DNA of 64,000 nucleotides from Mustelus asterias (lineage: Eukaryota), in the NCBI RefSeq assembly GCF_964213995.1, contig NC_135809.1:91946001-92010000 (forward strand), given 5' to 3'. The notes under the pieces were generated by a model. It did not search any database, was not told the DNA's origin, and worked only from the letters and a program-made list of their open reading frames with translations. The position numbers and the translations under genes are program-made. Of this stretch, positions 41,001-53,000 are shown piece after piece (within the stretch, counting starts at the first letter, position 1; every line of letters begins with the position of its first letter).

Positions 41001-44000
41001 ATGGGGCAATTTTTAACCTGGCCAATCAACCTAACCCGCACATCTTTGGACTATTGGAGGAAACCGGAGCACCCGGAGGAAACCCACGCAGACACGAGGA
41101 GAACGTGCAAACTCCACAGTGACCCGAGCCGGGAATCGAACCCGGGACCCTGGAGCTGTGAAGCAGCAGTGCTAACCACTGCGCTACCGTGCCGCCCATA
41201 TGGACTCCATATGGATGTTGGACTCCTCTTTCAAAGAGCCAGTACAGGCATGATGGGCTGAATGGCCTCTTCCTGTGCTGTACATTTCTATGATTCTATG
41301 AACTTCAACCTCAGAAGAGCAACAGTGTGACATTTCCTTGTTAACAGAAACCAATTTCATGGTCTCTTTGAATGGGCCTACCAATTAGTTGTCATTTTGT
41401 GCTAAATTTTATGCAGTAATTTGGTATGATTCCTTGGCCAAATTGTTTTTGCAGTACCTTTGTATGAGTCTTTGCCCAAATTAGGACTTTGCTTGGGAAG
41501 AACTTCTTTTCTCAAATAGTGGTTCAGTAAAGTCCTGCCTTTCATGATGACTTATTTTCTGAATTTCTTTCACCCGCACCAAAATCCCTGTACACACGAT
41601 TGCCCAATGCGGCCCAATATCTATTTGCAATTTAAACATCAAAAGTTTTTAACCTGAACATACACTGGTCCTGAAATATAGGATGAACAGCAATTAGGAT
41701 ATAGAAAACTCAAGATTTCCATGGTGTATTCCCCCACAATAGGAAGTGTGTACTGCACATGTTGCCTGCATGTGGATTGCTGTGATTTACAGGATACACT
41801 AATTCCTGACCAGTGTTCATAGTACTGGTACAGTACAGCACTTCCATGAATTATTCTTGTTTTCTTGCTTTGTTAACACAATTTCTCCAGTAAAATTGTT
41901 TTGAATTTACTCAAAAATATACCTTTAATTGCCTTAGTGTCTTTAAAACGTCAGATTTTGAGATGGGTGTAACCGAAGTAATTTACTCCATTCTAAAATA
42001 TGTTCGCTGTTAGCGATTTTGTCCTTTGCAAAAATTCACCGGAATGTAACCTCCGCAAACAGTGGCACTTTACCAAAATACCAAGCAAGGAAATAAATGT
42101 GGAAAATAATTCAAAATCAAATCAAATGTCATAATGGCGAAGTAAATGTGTTAATCGAATGAGCTTCAAAGAACCAAGCAGTCTTTTCTTGTCTCTGGTT
42201 TGACTGCCCTTAAATAATGTCTGTTACCAACATGTGAAAAGATCCCGATTAAGATGGGAATCCATATTTTATGTTGGTGACTCACTGATTATTTCACTAC
42301 ATGTAATTTCTTCAAGGAGTGATGCCACCTGATGAATATCAATCGGATGTAACCAATTCTGCCTACACTGCCGTGGTGGCCAAGTACAGGTGAGGATGGG
42401 AGGCGGGGAAATTTCATCTTCCCATTTCTTTTCCAAAGTTACTAGTCTGAGGAATGAGAAAGGGCTGAAATTGAGGCATAAATTATTATAAAAATACAAG
42501 ACCAATTATAAACTCAAATAAGAACAGAAAATGCTGTGAATATTCAGTGGGTCTGGCAGCATCTGTGAAGAGAGCAACAAAGTTAACTTTTCAGGTAGAT
42601 GATCTTTCATTGGAATATTGATTTGCTGAGAATTTTCAACACATTTTGTATTTATTTCAGATATCCAGCTCTGCTTCCATTAAATTATAAAATTACTTTA
42701 GTCTGCAGAGTGAAACACAGCAAGGGCACTTGGGATTATTTGAAATATGAACTGCAATGTTTTTTATTTTTTTTTGAGTTCAAGCGTTTTAAAGTGAATA
42801 TAACTTATTTAGATGCATGATAAAGCTATGTCCCAACCTCAGAAAAGTGACTTCCCAAGAGCACCAATGTGACATTTCCAAAGTCTAAGCAGCTCTTCTT
42901 ATGGTTCGAATGCTAATTGGAGGCAGTGTTTTGTTGTTGTTGGCCTATGCCCAATAGAACTGAGTGGATCTGCATAAACCTGCTCCACGGAAACCTTTAC
43001 AATAGCAGTGGAAGAATTTATCCTTCAGCCTGAATTGTGTTTGAACCTGAGTAGCAAAGATGAAAGTCCAGTAGGCAAATAATGCTGCACCACCCATTTT
43101 CAATTGGAGTATTAAAAAGGTGTCATAAGAACATAAGAAATAGGGGCAGGAGTAGGTCATCTAGCCCCTCGAGCCTGCCCCGCCATTCATTAAGATCATG
43201 GCTGATCTGAAGTGGATCAGTTCCACTTACCCGCCTGATCCCCATAACCCCTAATTCCCTTACCGATCAGGAATCCATCTATCCGTGATTTAAACATATT
43301 CAACGAAGTAGCCTCCACCACTTCAGTGGGCAGAGAATTCCAGAGATTCACCACCCTCTGAGAGAAGAAGTTCCTCCTCAACTCTGTCCTAAACTGACCC
43401 CCCTTTATTTTGAGGCTGTGCCTTCTAGTTCTAGCTTCCTTTCTAAGTGGAAAGAATCTCTCCACCTCTACCCTATCCAGCCCCTTCATTATCTTATAGG
43501 TCTCTATGAGATCCCCCCTCAGCTTTCTAAATTCCAACGAGTACAAACCCAATCTGCTCAGTCTCTCCTCATAATCAACACCCCTCATCTCCGGTATCAA
43601 CCTGGTGAACCTCTCTGCACTCCCTCCAAGGCCAATATATCCTTCCGCAAATGAGGGGACCAATACTGCACACAGTATTCCAGCTGCGGCCTCACCAATG
43701 CCCTGTACAGATGCAGCAAGACATCTCTGCTTTTATATTCTATCCCCCTTGCGATATAGGCCAACATCCCATTTGCTTTCTTGATCACCTGTTGCACCTG
43801 CAGACTGGGTTTTTGCGTCTCATGCACAAGGATCCCCAGGTCCCTTTGCACAGTAGCATGTTGTAATTTTTTTCCATTTAGATAATCCAATTTGCTATTA
43901 TTTCCTCCAAAGTGAATAACCTCACATTTGTCAACGTTATACTCCATCTGCCAGATCCTCGCCCACTCACTCAGCCTGTCCAAATCTCTCTGCAGACCTT

Positions 44001-47000
44001 CAACGGCCTCCACACGATTCACTTTTCCATGTATCTTTGTGTCGTCTGCAAACTTTGTTACCCTACACTCCGTCCCCTCCTTCAGATCGTCTATATGAAT
44101 GGTAAATAGTTGAGGTCCCAGTACCGATCCCTGCGGCTCGCCACTAGTTACCATCCGCCAACCAGAAAAGCACCCATTTATTCCGACTCTCTGCTTCCTG
44201 TTGGATAGCCAATCCCCAATCCACGCTAACACCCTACCCCCAACTCCGTGTGACCCAATCTTCTTCATCAACCTTTTGTGAGGCACCTTATCAAACTCCT
44301 TTTGGAAATCCAAAAACACCGCATCCACCGGTTCCCCTCCGTCAACCGCACTAATCACATCTTCATAAAAATCCAACAAGTTCGTCAAGCACAACTTTCC
44401 CCTCATGAATCCATGCTGCGTCTGCTTAATCGAACCATTCTTATCCAGATGGCCTGCTATTTCTTCTTTAATGATGGATTCCAGCATTTTCCCAACTACA
44501 GACGTTAAGCTAAGCGGCCTGTAGTTACCTGCCTTTTGTCTATTTCCTTTTTTAAACAGCGGCGTAACATTAGCCGTTTAACCTATCTTTCCTTTCTTTA
44601 TCGCTTTCTTAGTCGTTCTTTGTTGTTTCTTAAAGTTTTCTCAATCTTCCAATTCTCCACTATTTTTGGCACTCTGTACGCATCGGTCTTTAATTTAATA
44701 CTCTCCTTAATTTCCTTCGTTATCCACGGCTGGCTATCCCTTTTCTTACAGTCCTTCTTTATCACCGGAATATATTGTTGCTGAGTACTGAAAATGATGA
44801 TCTTAAAAATGCTCCACTATTCCTCAGCTGTCCTACCTACCAGTCTGCTCTCCCAGTCCACCTTAGCCAATTCAGCCCTCATCCTATCGTACTTCCCTCT
44901 GTTCAAACAGAGGACACTGGTATGGGACCCTACTTTCTCCTCTTCCATTTGTATCAGAAATTCGACCATATTGTGATCACTTGACCTAAGAGGGTCCTTC
45001 ACAAGAACATCCTTAATTCTACCTACCTCGTTACACATTACCAGATCTAAGATAACTCGTTCCCTCGTCAGTTCTGTAACATACTGTTCAAGGTAATTAT
45101 CCCGACAGCATTCTAAGAACTCTTCCTCCATCCCACCCCTTCCAACTTGAGTCAGCCAATCAATATGCAGGTTGAAGTCCCCCATGATTATTGCCGTTCC
45201 GTTTTTGCACGCATCCATTATTTGCTTGTTTATAGCCCTCCCCACCTCAACATTATTATTTGGGGGCCTATAGACCACGCCTATTTAGTGTCTTTCTCCC
45301 CCTACTATTCCTTATCTCTACCCATAACGATTCCACGTTTTGTTCCTTAGAGCCTGTCATCCCTCACTACTACCTTGATATTATCTTTTATTAACAGATT
45401 AACATTAACAGTGTCCCTGGACATTGTTGCTGGTGTTCCTCAGGGCAGCATCTTAAGCATAACTATCGTCAATTACTTCATCAGTTACTTTCTCTTCGTC
45501 CTAAGGTCAGAAGTTGGGCTGTTGCCCCGTGATTGTAGAACATTCAATTCCATTCACAATTCTTCAGGTAATGAATTAGTACATGTCAAAATACAGCAAG
45601 GCCGGGACAGCATCCAGGCTTGGGCTGAAAAGTAGCAAGCACCACACCAGTACAGGCACTGACCATCTCCAACAAGAGAAAACCTAACTATCCAGCTTTA
45701 ATATTCAATGGCATTACCGTTGCCATATCCCCCAAAATCAATATTCATGCATTCATTATTGACTAGAAAATCAACTGGACCAACTATATAAATATCATGA
45801 CGATGATAGCAGGTTAGAACTCTGTATTCTGCAAAGAATAGTAGAGAATAGTCCACCCTTAGACCCCTTAAACCTCTCTATTGCCTAAAAAGCAGAAGAA
45901 GTCAGGAATGTGATGGAATACTCTCTACATTCCCAGGCAGATGCAATTGCACCAACCCTCAAGAAGTTTGACACTGTTGAGAACAAAGTATTTTTTCCTT
46001 CCTCCACCCCAACCACCAGTTTAAACACATCCACTCCCTCAACCATTTATCATGGCTGTAGTGTGTACAATAAGTCACCAAAGACTTCTTTCCAGCACCT
46101 TCCAAACTCCTAACCACTACCACCTAGAAGGATAAGAGCAGCAGGTGCATGGGAAAGCCATCACTTACAAGTACCTCTCCAAGTCGCACACTATCCGATG
46201 TTGATACATCACTGTTAGTTCATCATCATTGGGTTGAAATCCTGGGACTCCCTGCTGAACAGCAATGATTGACTGCAGCTCCTTGGGCAAAGTGGAACCA
46301 GCCAGAATTCCCATATCTGATTACCAGCCAGTGACTCTTACATGCAGACATCAGTAGAGGGAAACATTGAGGTGAAAAATATGTCCTTTGTTATGTTTTG
46401 TCGGCTAAGATCATTGAAAATAATGTACTGTGCCATTGAGGATATGCCTATGTAGATCTTCATGTATAGCTATCTGTTCTTGGAATTTTAGGAGGAGACA
46501 GTAGTCAATCTTTTTTATAAGATGTTTTGAAGCCAGATAAGGAGATATTAGGTCAAATGATCAAAAGCTTGGTCCAAGAGGTATATTTTAAGAAATGCCT
46601 TAAAGGGTGAAAGTGATATAAAGTGATACACGGAAGTAAATTCCAGAGCTTTGGGACCTCAGCAACTGAAGACATGGCTACCGATGGTGGTGTAATTTTG
46701 ATTGGGATAACACAAGACCAGAATTAGAGGAGTGCAGATATCTCAGGAGCATTGTAGGGAGGGAGATTACGGAGATGGGGATGGGCAAGGCCATGGAAAG
46801 ATTTGAAAATGAGGATGAGAAATTTAAAATCAAGATCTATTTTCTACATAGTACTACACGTAAGATTTACTATTAATCTCCATTAAATTAACAGAATTTA
46901 AATTATGTTTTTCCAGCCTCCAGTTTGCGACTGAATTGGCATCACATTTAGAAATAACAGTTCCATCAGAATGGATGAAAATAGCTGAGAAAATCAAAGT

Positions 47001-50000
47001 GCCGTTTGACCCAGTGAAGCAATATCATCCAGAATTTGATGGATATAAGTCAGGTGCAGAAGAATTTACTTAAGACATGTTTGGTTTACTCTTCTTCCCC
47101 AACAGTACACCTAGCCGCTTTTTTTTACAATTCTCTCTCTGGCCTCTCGCCTCCTTTTGATGGATGCTTTGAACATAGCCCAGGCTGGAAATGCTGTCAA
47201 AGCAGATACAATGGACAGAAACTTCTCATCTTTAAAAACGTTCAGGCATTGGGAGCATATGCGGGTCTCAACCCTGCCTGTGTAGGAGGCGCCCCTCAGG
47301 AAGAATGTTTTTGGCTGCAGCTGGGCCTGATTTAGTCCTGTGGCAATGTGATAGTGACATGGATAACAACCTCCAATGCCCCTCTGACCATCTACTGCCA
47401 TCAACATATTGCCAAGTTCCTGACGTAGGGTCCTGGTCCCTTTTGTAAGATTGCAATGCGACCCACAAAAGAAGGGCAGTTACCCTTTTGCATGCCTTGA
47501 CTAGAAAACTGCCCATGGCCAGAGGCAGGAAGACATTGGGGAGTGGATCTGACATGCCTCAGTGTGAATTTCCAGGCCCTCTTCCCAAAGCTACTTTACT
47601 GGGTTGGGCTGATTCCACTCAATAATTCCCAAACTGTGATACCGATGGGATATGATGGGCAATGTCTCCCCTCATGTGAGAATCCAGAAATAGGGACCAC
47701 AGTTTCAGAATGTTTAAATTGGAGATGAGGGTTGTTAATCTTTTGAATTAACTATTGCAGAGTGGAAGCAGTGTCATTGAATATATTTGAGGTGATTTTT
47801 GATCTATGAGGGAATTGAGGGTTATTGGGGATGGGCAGGAAAAATTGAGTTAAAGCCACAATTCGGTCCGCCGTGCTTTTATTGAATGGTGGAGCAGACC
47901 CGGGGCCACAGTGGCATACTTCTCCCATTTCCTATGTTAACGTCAGTGTATTTGTCTCCTGCAATACCAGACAAAGAAAATAATCGGCCAGGGTTTCCAC
48001 ACTCAATCACAATCCGGAAATGTGGCAATATGCCTTTAAGGGATTCTAGCATGATGTCACTCGAAAGGAAGTGTGTCATGTAATCCAGTTTTAGTTTCAC
48101 TTTTGCTGTTAAGCAGAGTGCGTGCACACAGCTTTGCTGCTGATGTATCTTCAAGCTTTTATGCCTCTGTATAAATGTTCCCATGTGCCTCGGCTCAATA
48201 AATAAACCCACAATGCATTTGCACAATCCCTTATAAGTGACTAGTGCTTTTATATCATTATGAAAAACTACAAGAAGGTGTGAAGCAGTGGTTACTCCTA
48301 AAATTGATCGTTCTCAGCCTAACAGCAAGAAAGTGCGACATGGTAAACTGTCTTAGATCATGCTATATGGCCTCCATGTGAATGATGGTCAGTTGGACAA
48401 GGCACTGTTGGTATTTGTGGGATTCAAGAGAAAGCACCTTCAGAAGAGGAAGAGAATTAGCTGGCTGGAATATGTCAATAATTTTAATTGAGTTTCCTGG
48501 TCTATATATACTGTTGAAGGTTTGGTTACAGTTTCCTGCATGTCTAAAAATGTAATTTCTCTGTTCCAGGTGATGTGGTGAAACAAGCTGATGTAGTGTT
48601 GCTAGGTTACCCACTTCTGTATCCCATGAGTTCTCAGGTGCGGAAGAATGACCTAGTGATATATGAAGCTGTGACGGATCATGATGGACCTGCCATGACC
48701 TGGGTTAGTAAAAGATGTCAGTTGAACAGACACAGGAAGGTGCTGTTTTAATCACTGTAGAACTAGTGACAATGTGGGCAAGCAATATGGAATTCTAAAG
48801 TGGTGAACCTAACATCTGTTGTAGGGAAATGGCCAGAGTCTATAATTAAGAATGGAGTGACTGGGCATGTTGAAAATTTTCAACTGATCAGAGAGCCAGC
48901 ATGGATTTGTAAAGGGCAGGTCATGCCTGATGGTTGAAGAGCTGTATAAAGTAGTGGACAAGAGAATGTCTATGAATATTACTAATATTGAGTTCCAGGA
49001 AGCATTTGATAATTTACTCAATAAGAAACTCTCAACAAACGTTGATTTATGGCAAATTATTGATCTGGTAAGGAAATAGGCTGAGTGGCTGGAGACCGAG
49101 GGTAAGGATAATGGGCAGCTACCCTAATTGGCAGGATGCGATTAATGGTTCCTCTATTCACTGTATTTAATAATGATGTGCATAATGGAACAGGGGGCTA
49201 CTGAGCCAAGTTTGTTAATGACACAAAGACGGGCAGCATCCAAAGCAGTGTTGATTGAAACATACAGTTACAAAGAGGTATTAATAGATTAAGTGGGCAC
49301 AGCTGACAAATAGGTTTCAATATGAGAAAGAGTGAGATCATCCACTTTGCGCTTTTTATATCGTGAAAAGTTAGAAACAGTGGAGGTCCAAAGAGACTTT
49401 GGAGTATATGGATCATTGAAATATCATGGAAAGATGCAAAAAGGGCAATGAACCACTGACCCTTACATGCACAAGACTAGAATACAAAGAGTTGGAAGTT
49501 GCAGCTATCAGCTAGACCAAAGCTTGGATTGGATAACAACTGGAGTATTGTATTCCATTCTGGGCACCACACCTTGGGCAGGATATATTTGCCTCGGGGC
49601 GAGAGCTGCATAAATGTACTAGAATGGATCAGAATTTGAATATGGGGTGAGCAGAGAGATGGGCAGGTGTGGCAATTAGTGTCGCTGTCCATTGTGCTGG
49701 TTTGCCATTATTATTCTGACTGCTGGTGATTTTGCTCAAGATAGAAGGGGCGACACGGTAACCTGTCTCATTCAGATTATTGGCCATTTAAGATGGTTAA
49801 CGAGGTTGTTGTTAGCTTGTCAAGAACCAGTTTGGAATTTTTGTGGGAATGCACAAGTTGCATAATTGATCAGGAACAGTCCAATGGAAGGAGATGGCAA
49901 CACAGGGGAGCCAGTCATGGCTGTGTTATTCAATTAGGTAGATTCTTAAAAGGATGCTTGTTTGAGAGGGATGCTCAGATGCTATCAGGTGAGTAGAGTT

Positions 50001-53000
50001 ACTGGAACAAACGGTCTGTGTGCACTTGGTTACTGGAGGGGATTGTGAGCTTCCAGTGATCATGATACCATCAGAGGGGAGTCCACTAAGCATTGTAATT
50101 GCAGCTGTCTGCAAGCAAAGCATCAGCTGAACTTGGGAGTAAGGTACTCCGAGATAACGCCGAGTGGCAATGAGGAGTAGCATCCTCAGAGCAGATGTGG
50201 AACCCAGAGCATGAGAAGGGCAGAGAGAGGAACGAGGGATTGGAAGGTAACAAAGGCCATATCCACAGTGTACCACAAGAGGAAGCTGCCTGGACAAGTC
50301 AGAGAATCAGTGCCTACACCCATCTAGGCAAATGGTAACTGATTTGTGCCCTCATTGATGATGACCTCTGACCTTGCTGCATTGCTCACCATGCCCTTTG
50401 GTTCCTAAAATCCAACAAAGTAAATGTAATTTTAACTGAAATTAAATCCAACTCATAAGAGGCGGTTGGAACAAAGTCTTTTTGATGAAACTCGCTTTGG
50501 CCAACTGTCTCTTCGAAATTTCTTGTTCCATTGGCTAATAATTTAATGAAGGTGACCAATGTTGTTTCAGGTTCTTATACTTCTTTTTCAGAGTATGTTT
50601 GCAATTGGTTGGCTGGAGCTGAAGGATATTAGTCAGGCTCAGCAGCAATTGAGCAAGTGTCACAGCAACATTCAGGAACCATTCAAGGTAATTGCCATGA
50701 AAACATTGAGGCACTCTCCAATTATATGCATACTAACCTATAAAATTATCAAAAGCTGACCAAGGCCTTCACGAAAGCCTTTCTAAAAACAATTAAGAGG
50801 TCAGTTTAGAACAGTGATGAATTTGGAATTTCATAAAATCCCTACAGTACAGAAGGAGGCCGTTTCGCCCATCGAGTCTGCTATAACTCTCTGACAGAGC
50901 ATCTTACCCAGCATGTATTTACCCCACTAATCCACCTAACCTATCTTGGGACAGTAAGGGGCAATTTATCAAGGCCAATCCACCTAATCTGCATATCTTT
51001 GGACTGTGGGAGGAAACTGCAGCACCTGGTGGAAACCCACACAGATACAGGGAGAACAAACTAACTCCACACAGTAATCCAAGGCTGGAATTGAACCCGG
51101 GTCCCTGGTGCTGTGAGGTAGCAATGCTAGCCACAATGCTGTCCTGAATTTACCAGGGGGATGAGTGCTGAAGGCCAGAGTTTTATTTTTTTTTCTGGGA
51201 GTTTTCACTCCGGAAACTGAGATTTTCTGGTGCTTTGTTTTTGGTGCCTTTTCAGACTAATTTAGGAAGGACGCACCTCTTTTTAGTGTGTGACCATGGC
51301 CCAGAATTGCCTTGGGGGTGTTCCCAATTGACTACCTTGCTGAAATGTGGCAAAAACACAGTTTATTAATTGCTTCCCCACTGCCCACACTTTTATCCCC
51401 TTCGCACCCTTCCCATTCCAGGATCGCTGAGGCCACCTGGCGCATGCCTGCTGCATGCCCTATGGAGATAAACTAAAAGGATGATTTGCATTTATAAAGT
51501 ACCTTTGAAGTGGAGTCACTGCTGTGATCTGGGAAACGTGGCAGCCAATACACAATCAGCAAACTCCCAGAAACAGCAATGGGTAATGTGATGTAGAGGA
51601 GAATGTAAGTGATCTGATTAGCAAGTTTGCGGACGACACAAAGATTGGGGGAGCTGCGGATAGCGAGGAGGATTGCCAGAGGATAAAGCAGGATACAGAT
51701 AGGCTGGAGACTTGGGTGGAGAAACGGCAGATGGAATTTAATCCGCACAAATGCGAGGTGATGCATTTTAGAAGGTCTCATGCAGGAGGGAAATATACAG
51801 TAAATGGCAGAACCATTAGAAGCATTAACATACAGAGGGATCTAGGTGTACAGTTCCCTTATAGTGGCAGCGCAAGTGGATAAAATGATAAGAAGGCGTC
51901 TGGCTTCATCGGTCGGGGCATAAGTAAGAAAATTGGCAAGCCATATTGCCACTGTATAGAACTTTAGTTCGGCCACATTTGGAATATTGTATACAGTTCT
52001 GGTTGCCAGAAGGATATGGAGGCTTTGGAGAGGATACAGAAAAGGTTTAGCAGGATCTTATCTGGTTTGGAGGGTATTAGCTATGAGGAGAATTGCACAA
52101 ATTTAGTTTGTTTTCACTTGAACTTCTGAGGCTGTGGGGCGACCTGATAGAAGTTTACAAAATTATGAGAGGCATGGATAGTCTTTTCCCAGGATAGAAA
52201 TGTCAATTATTAGGGGACATAGATTTAGGGTACAAGGGAAAAGGTTTAAAGGAGATGTGAAAGGCAGGTTTTTTTTGCATAGAGGGTAGTAAGTGCCTGG
52301 AATGAGTTGCCAGAGGAGGTGGTAGAAGCAGATAAGGTAGCAACGTTTAAGAGGCATTTCGACAGATACACCAATAGAAAAGGCATTGAAGGATATGGAC
52401 AGTGTAGAGGCAAAGGTCTTTAGAAAGGCGTCATGTGTTGGCACAGTCTTGGTGGGCCGAAGGGCCTGTTCCTGTGCTGTACTGTTATTTCTTTCGCAGG
52501 ATGACAGACGTAATCATTATTTATACACACTATTGTGGTTCCCATTTGTTTTTATTTGTGATGTTGATTGAGGGTCAAATATTGGATATTAGGAATAACT
52601 GCCCTGCTCTTCAAAATGGTAAGAAGTCTCACAACACCAGGTTAAAGTCCAACAGGTTTATTTGGTAGCATAAGCCATAAGCTTTCGGAGCGCTGCCCCT
52701 TCGTCAGGTGAGTGGGAATTCTATTCACAAACAAGGCATATAAAGACATAATCTAAATTTACAAGATAATGGTTGGAATGCGAGTCTTTACAGGTAATCG
52801 AGTCTTAAAGGTACAGACAATGTGAGTGGAGAGAGGGTTAAGCACAGGTTAAAGAGATGTGTATTGACTCCAGCCAGGACAGTCAGTGAGATTTTGCAAG
52901 CCCAGGCAAGTCGTGGGGGTTACAGATAGTGTGATATGAACCCAAGATCCCGGTTGAGGCCGTCCTCATGTGTGCGGAACTTGGCCATCAGTTTCTGCTC

